Below, in pieces: positions 39,358 through 53,570 of a stretch of 64,000 nucleotides of DNA. The stretch comes from Podarcis pityusensis (lineage: Eukaryota): assembly GCA_964106645.2 (NCBI GenBank), contig OZ067041.1. One strand, given 5' to 3'. Position 1 is the first letter of the stretch. Every line of letters starts with the position of its first letter. The notes under the pieces are model-generated. The model ran no database searches. It was not told the origin of the DNA and saw only the letters and a list, made by a program, of their open reading frames with translations. The position numbers and the translations under genes are program-made.

Positions 39358-42300
39358 TAGATTGAAATTATTAGTATAAACTTATTTTTTTTCATGGTTG
39401 ACCATGGGACCTAAAAAAGAGGATAAACTTCAAACTATGCTGTTATCCTGATCTCTATCCATGTTTAAATGTATGAAAATGAACCAGAACTTTAAGGGGG
39501 AGCAATATACTAATAGATAATTCAGGGCAGAAAAGATAATAGGCTTTATAGCTAAAAAATGGAGGCAAGCACAGTCTTGGTGAGTGGTTGCATGGTTAAC
39601 TTTTGTGATCTACTAAGATAATTTGATACATTTTTCTTGAAATCAGGAATTAACAAAATATGAGGTAAAGCAGACATATGTTATATTTTTTAGAAGGCAG
39701 TTTCTTCTTTTCTTTTTAGCATTACATAACATAATGGTGACTATCCAGCTTTCCTCTCCAAATGTTTCTTGGCATATGAATGCAAAAAAAATCCCAACAA
39801 AAAAACAACAGATGTTTAGAATTTAATAGGAATTTGAATATTAGATGTAACAAATTGTTATTTGCAAACTGGGAAATGCACTGTTAACTTTGTTCTATGA
39901 TTTACAGTTTTATTGTGGCAGTTGCACAGAAATATGTTAACGGGGGGGGGGGGGGATCTTCACAGTTTGCTTTTGTTGTAGATTCTTCCCTTATGTAAAA
40001 CCCTTGGTTACTCTCTGGCTGGATTTAGAGATGATTAAAGAAATTGTAACAGCAGCTCAGGGAACAGTCAAGAACTATCTGTCCTTTACTGTCTGACCCT
40101 GACAAGCTTTTCTCAATATGGCTTTAAATCTTCATGTAATATACTTCAGTACTAGTTTTGGTGCAGTTTAATGCAGTTAATCTCCAACAGAAGAGATTGT
40201 ACATAGTATAGATGTAGTGATCAGATAGACAACTGTCAAAACTGATAGCAGCCAACAAAATTAAAATAGATGTGCAGAAGCTGGAGAACTGAAACATATC
40301 TTTGCATATGACAGGAGCCATTTCATCCATTCACTGTATTCCCATGTAAACTAAAAGCATCTGCAAATGGAGAGGTGAATGCTTTGAGCTGTTCATTCTT
40401 ATTCTGTCTACAGTTGACACACTGCAGCATTTCAGTACAGAATCCATCTTTTTCATTCCAGAAATGGCATGTAAAAGGCTTGTTTGTGTGTGTATGTGTG
40501 TGCATAAGGTGAACTCAAATGACCAGAGCAGCTTATTGAAGATCATTATCTAGCTAGTAACAGCACAAATTTCTAAAGTAAATCTTCACATGGCAATAAA
40601 CAGATAGTGGGTTTTGAAATAATGAAATATGTGCAAGTATTCAAAAATCTAAATTAAAATTAATACAGTACATTAAAAAAGCAAATAATTCCTCAGTGAA
40701 TTGTATATATGTGCCTCCCATTTTACAATAGTTATGACCTATCTGCCGTACTGCCCCTTATAGATTTTCACTTTGTTCTGTTTAAATTCTAATTTCTCCC
40801 CCTTGTCTCTCTGTCCCCATATTGCTATTTGCAAACAGACATAGAACCATGCAGGGATAATTAAGAGATGGCTATGGACAAATGGCTGGATGCTTACTCA
40901 GATAGATGTGGTATTGTGTAAATAGTCCCTGAGAGATGTGATGTCTCTACCCTTGTGTGCCCATGGCAATGCATAAACCTCATAGATATTTAAATGGTCT
41001 TTGTAAGGTTTACTATCTGTGCACCTTTCAGAAAAGTTTACTGAATTAGCATATATAACAAGTAATAGCAACCAAAAAATCCTTTCTTCAGTCAGATTAA
41101 TGCACTGTTTTAGGTCACAGTTTATGGCATCCATTATTTTCTTATCACAGTTCTGTTTCATTTTATGTTTACAATTATTGGCAGAAAGATAGAACTTTAT
41201 AGCATGTGTGTGATCACTGCTGCTTGTCATATCTTCTGTCTTAAAACACTGTAGATATTTACTATTATTTTTGCAAATAAGATTATTTGAACTCCTTGAC
41301 AAGTCAGCATTCTTATCTGCTTGCTTTGGGAGTGTTAACTTCACCAGTCTCATTTCGGATCAAGTAGCCAGTAGGTTTCAACTTAGAAATGTGTGTGTCA
41401 CAATTTACATCTGAGGGCTTAAAAATAAGTATGATAGAGAAGGCAGTGTATACTTATGGCTGGACATAGATGGCTATTAAGAAGCTAAAATAATTCTGAG
41501 GGCTTTTCAGGAGTGAGAGAGAAGCCCTAAAGTACTTAATTAGTATTCTTCCTTGATGAAATTAAGATTAAGGTGGATGGACTAAAGAAGAAAGACTTTC
41601 TGAAAGTAAAGGAAGCCCAGATGACATGTATAGGTTGCAAATGAGGTTATAAATGTATTAGTAAGGGAGAAGAAATGGAATTGGTTTGCAAAATGATATT
41701 TATTACTGAAACAGGAGAAAGAGGATTAAGTAGTCCTTATATACTCTTCAGAATAATTCAGAAAAGAAGACACCTATCCTAGATGCATGTGTATGCTGAG
41801 ATTTAAGTGGAAGGAGAAAATGTTAAGGACACAATGAGCCATTTCATTTAGCACCAAGAAAAAAGAGCTAAAAGTTGGTTTCAAGGGCAGCAGTAAAGTC
41901 TGTATTAGTTTGCAACTGACCTTAGAAACTGAGAACAGTGATATCATGGGGGGGGGGGCGGACATAGGAATACATGATGGAAGACAAAAACTCATCTCTT
42001 GATGCAGGTTTACAAAATATACCTTTGCAAAATACCTTATGTCTGATGAAGGACAAAGCTTCACATCCTGACAGAAAATGTGTTTCAAAACCAATGTTTT
42101 ATTTCCTGGAACATTATAGGGATGAATTGAAAGGAGGGAGAGTGTAATCTGATTTTCCCTGCAAATGCTTCCCTATGCTGTTTTTAGCTGTTGCTCCTCC
42201 CCCATCAAGGTTCAAAGATAACAAAAATAACCCCTGTTGATGGAAGATTTCCATGGCAGAATTCATGGATATCGGAAGGGTTCTAGTAGATCCTCTTTTC

Positions 42301-42547
42301 ACCTGCCAGTTCTCCCTTACAAATGCCCCCCACCCACATTTATGGTTGGTTGGTTGGTTGGTTAGTTTAGTTAGTTATAAAGGGAGGGAAGAGGAATATA
42401 TACATATACGTGTGGGGGTGGGTGGAACAAATGTGTCACCATCTGAAAATTAGATGAAGGGAAATATACTTGGTTGGAAAGTTGAAAATTACTTGTAAAA
42501 TGAAAGTTTTCCCTGTGTCCTGTATTGTAATCTCCTTTCTCTCATAG

Positions 42548-42745
<198 letters not shown>

Positions 42746-44130
42746 TGAACTAAATGCATCATTAATTGCTACTCTTTGTAGTGGTCACATATGAGCACTG
42801 AATCCTTCCTTCCAGCACATAATATGGGTGTGCAGAGAAGGCACTGTGTATTAATTTCCTCATCTCCTAAAGGCAGCCTCCTTAACAGAAATGCTTGTTT
42901 AATATTCCTTCTGTTCTGTAAAAGTAATCATGCTGTTTGGATACCTAAGACCATTTGAAGAACCAACCTGGATCAGACCAAGCATTGATCTTATTCAGCA
43001 CTTTGCTCCCCCAATCACCAACTAGATACCTATTGAAAGCCCACAAGCAGGACATGACCATTTTTGTAAAACATGTAGTTGATAACTTGCTGGATACAAA
43101 AATGTTCCTAGAAGAATTTGCTTAACATAAATGAAGTAAAATCCTGCTGGAAAAACCATTGTGTAATGTCATTTAAAAAAATTAATCTGCTCAGTCTATA
43201 GTCTCCTTAAGAGACATGTCAACCCCGAATATGGAAATTCTGTTGATGTGCCTAGAGACCTGGATCTCAACAGTGTGTTTACTATAGCAATGAATCTAAG
43301 CCAACATCTTGCAAAATAACTATGGATTGGTATACCTGTTGGGAATCTACTTAGCTGTTAAGTAAATACTATTTTGAGTTATGCTTAGACTTGTTTTATC
43401 ACCTTTTCCCCTAATAACAGTTTTGTATGGTCCTTGCATGTTTCAATCTTAACATTGTCTTACCACTGAGCTCTTGACAAGGAGCATTTTGGAATTATTG
43501 TGTAAAGCTCAGATAGATTACTATGAGTGTGCTGCATCACATGAAATCAAGAGCACTTCCTTCTTGCTGGTACTTTTGTTTAATATAAAGTACTGGGTGG
43601 TTAAATAAAAGGATGTAAAAATAAAAAGTAAGCATTTATTTAATTTATATGACACCTCATAATTCTTGCAAGCATCCAGCAGGATAAAAGGTTGCTTGCT
43701 GCATTTAATTACTGTATTCTTATGTCATAATCTGTAGACTACAGAATATGGATTCACATTACCAAATCTAACATTTCCCCCACTATTACCATTGTTGGGC
43801 TGTGGCTAGACTGTCTCTATTTAGGAGAGACTGCAGTGAATTTACAAGCCTCAGCTGATGAAGGACAGAATTAAAACAATATTTTAAAAATCAAGTAAAA
43901 ATACAGATAATAATAAATTAACAACAACAACAACATCCCAGCATCAGCCCTTTCCTAAAAAACCGCCAGTTCCTAAAAGCTTGTTGAAATAAGGTCTTCA
44001 CCTTCTGCTGGAAGGACGAGGAGGGAGCCAGTCTCACTTCTCTAGGAGGGGAGTTCTTAAGTCTGAGTGTAGCCACTGAAAATGCTCTCCTACTTTACAC
44101 CCAAAACAAAATTTGGTGCACAAGTGCTGA

Positions 44131-44286
<156 letters not shown>

Positions 44287-45296
44287 TAATACAAATTCTG
44301 GAGAGAAGAGAAGGGGAAATAATCTGTTTGTGTAAGACAGTGGAGGCATTGTGCAGTATTCCTTTTTAAATTAAATCATCCTTCACAAAACTGTTTTTTA
44401 AAGCATGAATATCTTGCTATATCCAGTGAAAATAACAGGAATAAAGAATAATTGGAAGTTGCTAGTTATTATTTATATATTGCTATGTCATAACAACTAA
44501 ATACATACTTTTCCAAGGTTGGCCAAAAGAGGAAACTATGGTTCATTAAAGAATTCCTAGTTTATTGAGGCTTGTCATAACAGGACTGTGTGCACAGGCA
44601 AAAGGCTTATGTGTATCTCAGCTTATGAATTCAAGAGAAATTCATCCAAATGTGGCCGATAAATAAAAATCAGTAGTATACTCCAGCTTTTAATCAAAGT
44701 TCTCAAGTGCTTTATTCTATCTATCTCTTTCCACCTAGACTTAAGATAATGATTGTACTGATATACATATCCAAGGAAGGGTGTAGTGAAAACATGTCTG
44801 AACAACTGGTGTTGTTGGTTGTTGTTTTTTTTCCAACTGAAGGGGAAAATTGTTAATCTTCAAAGTCATAAAGTGCATTAGCACTTTCTTCTAATTGTAA
44901 CTCGAGAGAATTGGATTATATAATACAGCCAACTGTTTCTACTTGCTTCTTCCTAGCAAATGAACAAAATCTTCCTTAAAAACGAATGTAATATATAGAG
45001 CAGCATCTGTTTTGTAGAAGTGATTTTTTTTTGGTTACTTTGTTGATAAGGTCAATATAAAAACAAAATTCTGATAAGCAATATATTTGATTATGGGGTG
45101 CATATTATTGAACATTACAAGAATACAGTTTTACTATAAAAATGGAGATTATTCTCTTGCTACTTTTCTGTTCTGTTCCTACTGCGACACAGCTGTACTA
45201 CCTATTTTGCTGTGTTGGTACATGCCACATACAAAATTATGGGTTATCACAGACCTGGCAAACTTGTTTTTTGTAAATATTTAATGTGTACATTAA

Positions 45297-45641
<345 letters not shown>

Positions 45642-45910
45642 TGAGTGAAGCAGATAAATAATGTTTTCATTTGTTAAGTTCTTTGAGCTGCCCAGTTGGC
45701 ACCTGATCCCTTTACTTCCTAACTGCATAACGCCACTTTCATTTATTTCATTTTTGTTTATTTTGGTTGAAAGTAATATACAAGCTGACGTTTCAATTGC
45801 TATAAGTTAAACTTGAACTAGTAAAAGAAAAATGCCTGTGAGCTTATTGATTGCATTGAAAGAGTTTAAAGTAGTTGTCATTTTGAAGGTATTTAAAGTG
45901 GTTGTCATTT

Positions 45911-46008
45911 TGTGGCCCTCCAGATGTTGCTGGACAACAGCTTTCATCATTGGGTTGATAGGGGTTGGAGTCCAGCAACATCTGGGGGCCCACAGATTCT
46001 CCATCCCT
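45911..46008. mobile_element. Palindromic MITE-like repeat in intron 70
   Basis: 25-bp inverted arms at 45911-45935 and 45970-45994. Confidence 0.75.
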
Positions 46009-46078
46009 AAGATAAGCAGAAGTCAACATTCATTCACTTTCTCTTGATATGAAGAATACTTTTATCAGATATAGAACC

Positions 46079-46205
46079 GTCAGTAGAGCACGAGACTTAA
46101 TTTTAGGGTTGTGAATTTGAGTCCCACATTGGGCAAAAAAAATCCTGCATTGCAGGGCGTTGGACTAAATTGCCCTCTTGGTCCTTTCTAACTGTGATTC
46201 TATGA
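46079..46205 (+). mobile_element. tRNA-derived SINE with CR1-like tail (Squam2-like)
   Basis: GTAGAGCACGAGACT..TTTGAGTCCCAC head and CCTGCATTGCAGGG..TTGGACTA...TGATTCTATGA tail. Confidence 0.65.
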
Positions 46206-46547
46206 ATTATTAATTTTGCTTAATTTTAAATTTATACTGTAAACTTCCCACATTTTTCCATATTTCTTCCCATAGAGATGATGACACAAAAATTATGTCT
46301 GGAGTTTTTCTTTCCCTATCATCTGCTAGTTAATAGTTACTTGATTTAATAGCAATTGCACTACAGCTTGTTATCTCTCTCCTTCTCTTTAATATTTTAT
46401 TTTGCATATTTTTGGCTGCTTTCCATGGACATTCATGTTGGTCTATTGGATTTTCCTGTTTTTGGGTTTCTTTTAAACTTTCTGTAATTATTTTGCTGCT
46501 AAGTTTTTTCTGCCTCTCTCTTCACCTCCTCATTTTTTGTCTTGCAG

Positions 46548-46586
46548 TCCTGTTACTCTGATCAACTTCTGGCCAGTAGATTCTGC
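46548..46586 (+). CDS. DMD: Dystrophin exon 71 (PVTLINFWPVDSA; alternatively spliced in mammals)
   Basis: ttgcag|TCCTG...TCTGC|gtgagt, 39 bp. Confidence 0.96.
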
Positions 46587-49500
46587 GTGAGTACTTTTGC
46601 CAAAGTGTGCTGCTATTGCTTCTGCTGTTGCGTTCTCTCACTATTTGTTTTTAATTTCTGTTGAGTTTGTTTTTTAACATATATCCATTTCCCTCCTTCC
46701 TCCCCACCCGGTTAAAATTTAAAACAAAAATTTAGTCCAAATCAATGGAATGGTATACCAGTAAGGTTTCCTGCACTTCATTAAATGTACATGATTGTAT
46801 TCAAAGTTACAGTCCATCAAAATTGAATCATATAAGTAATCTAAGTTAACTTCTATCTGAATCACAGAGGTTTGGTTGCACAGTCCTACCTCATATGGAA
46901 GCATGCACATTATTCACCTAAAGTAGGCATCATTGGTTGGGAAACAAGAAACTTTGAGATTTGATTAAATTTTTTTTGAGGGAAAGGAAGTATGACTGAT
47001 CTTACTTTTAAGGTCATTATTTAACATTTGTACACACAGTTGCCCTAGTCCAGATGTATGTGTGATCAAATGCACATTCGGTTATCTGGTACACGCATGC
47101 TCTCCCATTCATTTCAGTGGAGAAGCCAGGTTGGCACCTATGGATTTTGGGGGGATCTGCCTTCAGTGTAAATGAATGGAGAGGAGCTAATCGATGGGCA
47201 GTGTCTGTGCAGAAGTTCTGCTTTTGCCCTCCTAAGCAGTCACAAGATTCTGGTATATTGTAAGTGCAATTACAATGAATTATTGAGAATGAACAATATT
47301 TTTCAATATTGTAAGAGGTCTGGTTATGATCCATCCAACACAAAGCATATTCCAATATTTTGTTTCAGTGGAGAGCGTTCCCTGCGTGTAGATTCCTCCC
47401 ACTGAAGTTTAATGAATTGTGCCTGAAGTTTCAGGAGCAAGATACTATTATTTCTCAACAGAAATCTCTTATTAATTTAAGGCCGCATGAATTCACTGAC
47501 AAGTTAGTTCAGTAATTGCAGATAGGAATAACTACCCACTTTAGGTAACTATCAGCTTGACATCGATGCTAACATAACTTTAAAATTGGGCTTAATTATT
47601 TGTTTGTGCTACTTAATTCATATGTCTGCTAAATATTAGTGAAGGAGGAAGCCTAAAATTAGTTTATGAACACTACTAAAGGGCTTCTGCCCTTTCCTTG
47701 CAAAAAGTGATTACTAAAATAAGCAGCTCTAAAACTACAATTAATTCACAGTATATATTTGGAGCATACTATTGTAAAGACTAATTGCATTCTCTTAGAA
47801 AGCAATCCTATAAATGTCCCACTAAAGTAAGTTCTGTTGAATTCAGTGGGCTTACTTCCAGATAAATTGTCTAAGATTGCAGCATATAATATTAATGAAT
47901 GAGCATCCTGGTTTTTGCTGCATGTATTTGAAGAGCTGTGTAGATTGAATGCCAGTACACACCTACTGCTAGGTCTGTGACCTGTTTTCTATTGGATACT
48001 CAACTACAAGTGAATTAAGAATAGCTTACATTTTTAGTGGTGACATTAATTTTGGCTGGCCTTTCTAGTCAAACCAACACCTGTGGTCACAAGGGCCTGG
48101 CTTTGCACTGTTCCAGCAGCAACCCCGCCCCCTTCCTTATAGGAAAGGGTCACAGGAAGGATGTTGGTTCAGTCACTGTGAGGCAAGGCACTTCGGGCAC
48201 CTCAACATTTAAGTAGCCAAACACACTTCTTCAAACCTTGGAACTGGGGAGGGTGCTGGGATCTCTTGAGGGCAGCAGGCTAGTGTAGCAGGTACAAGGC
48301 ACGCCACATGGCACTCATAGTTCTGGCCACTCCCCCTACCTCAGCATCTGTTGGCTAAGGCAGTTTCTTCACCCTGCCTCATCATAGGACTAGCCCAGGG
48401 GAGGAAGGCTGATCACTTATATTCTCACTTAAGGATGGGGAGCAAAAATATGAGAGCCTCACAGCATGTTCATTAAAATTCACGCAAAATAATTTTTGAC
48501 AGTTACTGTATATGACAGTTACGGTATATGCCTATGAAGACATAATTAAACTTCATTATTTTTTACACAACAAAACATAAATATATATATTGGGCGAATG
48601 GCACCTGGCCCGCTGTCTGCACCCAGCCAGTCATTGTTTTCACCTAGCACATGCAGTGCGCAGGGACTTTGATTTAAAACTATGAACAAACTATTTATTT
48701 GCAGTTAGCAGGTTAGAAGAGAAAATGAGCTGAAGACATCAGTTTAAAATAGATTTCAGTGGATTCATTCTGAACTAAAAGTTGGTTTACCCTTGATTTC
48801 TACTATTATTGTATCTCTTCTTTTAAATTGAAATGTCCATATCAAACTACCTCTCTTTGTAGTCAGAGGCATCTCAGTACCTTGTTTCTTCTGTGGAATT
48901 TCCTGAGATGACACAGGTTCCTTTTGGCTTTTATTTCTGTCAGTTTAACATCCAGTACATAACTGTGTCAAGTCTACAATTTGATGGCACATGGTTGGCC
49001 AATAAATAGCTTCTGAAACCCTGATTTGCATTGTTCAATTCCCAGATGATTTTCATGTATGGCATTCAGTATTTCTATCCTTAGGTCTTGTTTTATGATT
49101 CCTTAATAATGAATATTATGTCCATTTAATTCCTTCATCTAGTTCTAATAAATACAAATATCATCAGACATTTCTTTCTGGCCATTCCAGAAAAAAGTTT
49201 CTAAAGGAACAGCAGAATTCTTAATATTTACAATCACTAGTGAAACTCCTTTAGTTTCAGAATGAAAAATAGCAGTGTTTAATCTGTGACACTGGTTCTC
49301 CTTTCTTCAGATATACACTCTGGCTAGAGTATCAGCAACTGAGATTTCTGCAGTGTTAATAGTCATCTTTTGATTCTTAGACGTGCCTTATAAACTGCCT
49401 TCACTGGCTTTTTAAATCTGTTCCAACAACTACTGTTTTTACACAGATGAAGTTGTGGGATATTATATATCCAAATACTATTGCTGATGTTTCTTTTTCT

Positions 49501-52500
49501 GCTTGAGCATAGTTCAGTTTGATAGTTCTTGGTGTTCTGAAAGCACATACAACAGGTGAGCCTTTTTACAGTACATTATTTAAACCTGTTGTACAAGCAA
49601 CTGATTACGTGGTTACTGTTTTTTGTATTATAAATCTTCCAAATTAGTGTTTTTCGTAGTAGCTGCTTTAACTACTAGGCTGACATCCAGTAAGATTCAA
49701 CAGCTTCAACTGTTTGAGGAAGTATTTATAATATACCTGTTATTTAGTTTATATTTATAATCTGGTTTACTGTACCAATAAGTTTGGCTTACAGTGATTT
49801 GCAAGTTTTTAAAGACAGCACATAATCTTTTCTCAAAGGCAATTTTAGAAACCACTGTTCTGTGACCATTTGTGATAAAAACAACAACACACTATTCACA
49901 TTCTGTAGCTGAGGAATCCAGTGTACCAGTGAATAAATAATGAGGCTTTTCTTCTGTTTCTGCTGATCTAAACCTTATCTTTGGCTTTGAACTTTGTTGT
50001 AGTACAATAACTTTAAGCAAAATTATTACCCATTCCACATTTCCATCACTTTTCCAAGTGATGGATAGGAATTTATGCTATAGTCAATGTTTGTACAGCA
50101 AATCTTTACCAGATCTTCATATCTACTGAGGCACTTGTTTCTGTTTGGATCTTTCTCTAGTGCTAGGGCTTCCCTTGCCTAAATGTACACACTTCATTGT
50201 TAAATCAGTGATGTGTCAGGGATGAGCTGAAGGATGGAGAGAATCCCCAAAACCAGATTGAAGCATTTCTTATGAGACCCTTTATCTACCCCACTCAGCT
50301 CTATCTGTTCCTCTTCTATGTCTCTTCTCTTTGTAGCATTATTGAAAATGTAGGGGGAAACGTATTTTTTTAAAGCTTCACCTACAACATGAAGAAATAA
50401 TGTTCACTGAAGCATATAATCCTCCTTATTTAATTGCTTGGAATTCAGTACTATTCAAATATTTGTGTACAGCTTTTTCAGAAGTTCAAACACCAAGCTT
50501 TGTTTTTGATTCACTGTTTTACAATAGAGTATCTGCTGCTTCAATTTTTTTATAAAAATGATATTAAAGGAGACCGAATTAGGCAATACAACATACTTTA
50601 CTTAACACTGTACAAAACTTACTATTACTGATTTCCAAATGGAAGCCACTCCCATTTCCCCCCAGAACTGCTTCCCTCCTTCCTGGAATACTTGGTTCTT
50701 GCCCATCATTATGGGCATGTGAGACAAATCATCCCATTTCACTTAAAGAAGGAGGCAGTTCCGCAGCTTCAGCCACTAACATGAAAGGGAAAGCTAGAAT
50801 TCTTTCCACTGATACAAAAAGAAAACTTGAACTCTTTGAAACAGAGAGAACTATAGGCCACATGTAGGTTACATACTTGCAGAATTTGTAAACCTGTGTT
50901 TGCTTACATATAAAACAAGAAAAGTTGCCCTAGAAGTAAAATATGCTTATTTATAATTTTGTAAAACAGTTTTGATTCTGTCTCTTCATGCTTTAGTCTG
51001 GTTCTAAAGTGTCTGTCTGCTTTCTCCTAAAGCTATGAAATTTATGTAGAGAGGGAATAACAAATACTTACATTAAACAGGCAATTTAACTTATGAGAAA
51101 AAGAGGCATTGTTTGATGCAACTGAGTTCTGACAATTAAAAAAAAACCACATGTGATGTGTCAGAGCAGTAAAATGCATGAAGTGTTGCTATTAAAATAC
51201 AACCAAGCAATATTTTTAAAAATGACCTGGTCTATATTACAAAGTTATCTCATACAATGCAGTGGTGAGATCTGAAAGAACTATGTTAAATTGCATGTCA
51301 AACTTTTGTGTAAGGAAGTTTGAGATGGCTGAGAATAGGTCTATCACTTCTCCTGGGGGGGGAAAAACAACTTCTTGTTGTTATTGGGAAACATAGTTTT
51401 ATACTATAGCTGGTTCCCCATATAAAACTAAAGTGAGAATAAATTTTCTCAGTCTCTTAATAAAACCTGAGACTACCCCGAAATGCACCATTTTCCAATA
51501 CTAAACATACTGCAGGCCAACGATATTTTTAAAACAATGCCAATACTTCAGCAGAGGTCATTTACACACCTGGTTAAAAGAAAAAAAGTCTAATGATAGA
51601 TTAATTCATCATACGAATGGCAAACAGAACTCAATAGCAGCACTGGCAAACCCCGGGGGGTGGGGAATATTCACCTGAAGCTATTCAGCGACATTATGAA
51701 GGATCTTTACCCCAACTGGATTTTGGCTTGAGAATTAAACAATACTGAGCCTGCTCTTGCAAAGAATCCCCATGGATGTGGCGGCAGCGATGGTAGAATG
51801 TTTGTTCATGCTTGAATAGTAATGGATTCAGAAGCATTAGTGTTCCTAATACTGGTACACAGATTTAATACTTCCATTGTGGCAATTACAAATGCACCCC
51901 AAGCACTTACACAACGTTTTGGTGTGTGTTTTTTTATCCTCCTTTGAGCGTATTTGCTATATACAGCTTATACAGCACACTATATGCAGCACACTGAACA
52001 GGCTGCTGCAGTGTCAGGCGTTGAAACCTGATTCAGAGAACTGCAAGGGCAACTTCAGGATAGAAGCTCATCTCTACCCGCATTGAGCTCTCACCCTTCA
52101 TCTTTCTGGGAAGGTACTCAATGCAAGGACCTCATCACCTTCCCTTTGATAATCTGTTTGGAGGAGCCCTTGATTGGGATGGCTGGTATAAATTTGGAAA
52201 TTTTCAGGTGTCTTTTCTTTGATGAACCAATATTGTAGACAGGAAATGCAGCTTAGAAAAAGAGCAAAACAAAGTCTGAACATAATACAGAGTTGAACAG
52301 ACTTTATGAGAAAACATAGCATTGGAAGAAAGTATGTTTATAGCAAATATTTTGCAAGAAGCTCTTCACATAATAGCAATTGTCTGGTTTTGAAAAATCC
52401 CCAAACTTTTGAAAGAGTCCATTTTCACTAAATGTTTTTTACAGGTAGGTTGAGGAAGCAAACAGATCACATGGGTTGCAACTCTTAAGTGTGATGTTTC

Positions 52501-52592
52501 TTAGATGCAGTGAGGCCAATAACAACTTTGGTGGATTTTCTCTTTCTAAGGATTATTACTTGTGTGATTAATCAGTGTTTTCTGCCTTATAG

Positions 52593-52658
52593 GCCTGCAT
52601 CGTCCCCTCAGCTTTCACATGACGATACCCATTCACGTATTGAACATTATGCTAGCAG
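52593..52658 (+). CDS. DMD: Dystrophin exon 72 (PASSPQLSHDDTHSRIEHYASR)
   Basis: tatag|GCCTG...AGCAG|gtacga, 66 bp. Confidence 0.97.
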
Positions 52659-53570
52659 GTACGAGACGGGGACAAATCTTTGTTAGGCAAATCTTCCTTG
52701 AAACAATTATTAAATTATCACCATCATTATTTATATTTCTCCACCTTTTTCAAAAAGAGGACCAAGGCAATATGCAAAAAATTAAATATTGGAATTATAA
52801 TGTCCAACACCACACAAACTTTAACAAACGATGCTAGGGTTATTAAAAGCTCCAAGGATGGAGGGTATACATGTTTACTAACTTCTTCTAATCAGCTTGC
52901 CAACTAACTTGCATGCAGAATGACTGCATGATATTTAGAATGTACATACAACTCACTTAAAATAGGAATTGCCAAAGTATGCTCTTGCTTACATCTAACT
53001 CTGAGTTTGTGCTCAAAACTTCATTATACATTCTTTTTTCCAGAGGTATGCTTCAGTGGAATCCTGCAGTGACCATGTTCTACAAAATAGCGATATCTGT
53101 CCAGGATGTGTCAATTTTAGTGCACGTATCAAAAGTGATACAGCTTAATAATACAGCTTCTGAATATTATAGGGGAGGAAAATGACTGCTTTGAAAAATA
53201 ATCATACACTATTAGTATACCACACATTTGGAAGACTCATCTCATATATATCAGAGTAGAAACTAAATTCTAATATTTACAGTTTTTTCTGCCCCAGCGA
53301 GAGAAACATGAGTGGGTGCATATAGCAAAGAATAGTACAATGTAATCTTTTAAAGTGAAAAAAACTTAACTTTTTCTACATGTCATTTATAGTGAAAGCA
53401 ATTAGGCTGCTCAGCAGTCATATCTAAGACTAACAACTAGTGCCAAGGGAAAGAACAGGGGTGTGGGTGCTATTATTTCAGAACCATTTGTGCTGATTGT
53501 TACAGTTATCTGTGTCACATTTTAAGGCAGACTACTTAGAGATATTTATGATATTTTCTTTTCTCTGTAG

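Noticed and set aside
48120-48150. GC box plus CArG-like CCTTATAGG as an internal promoter
   Set aside because: It has only five A/T bases, so it is not a true CArG box, and there is no CpG island.
50042-50065. Perfect 10-bp stem hairpin TCCATCACTT-TTCC-AAGTGATGGA
   Set aside because: About one such hairpin is expected by chance in 64 kb, and there is no other support.
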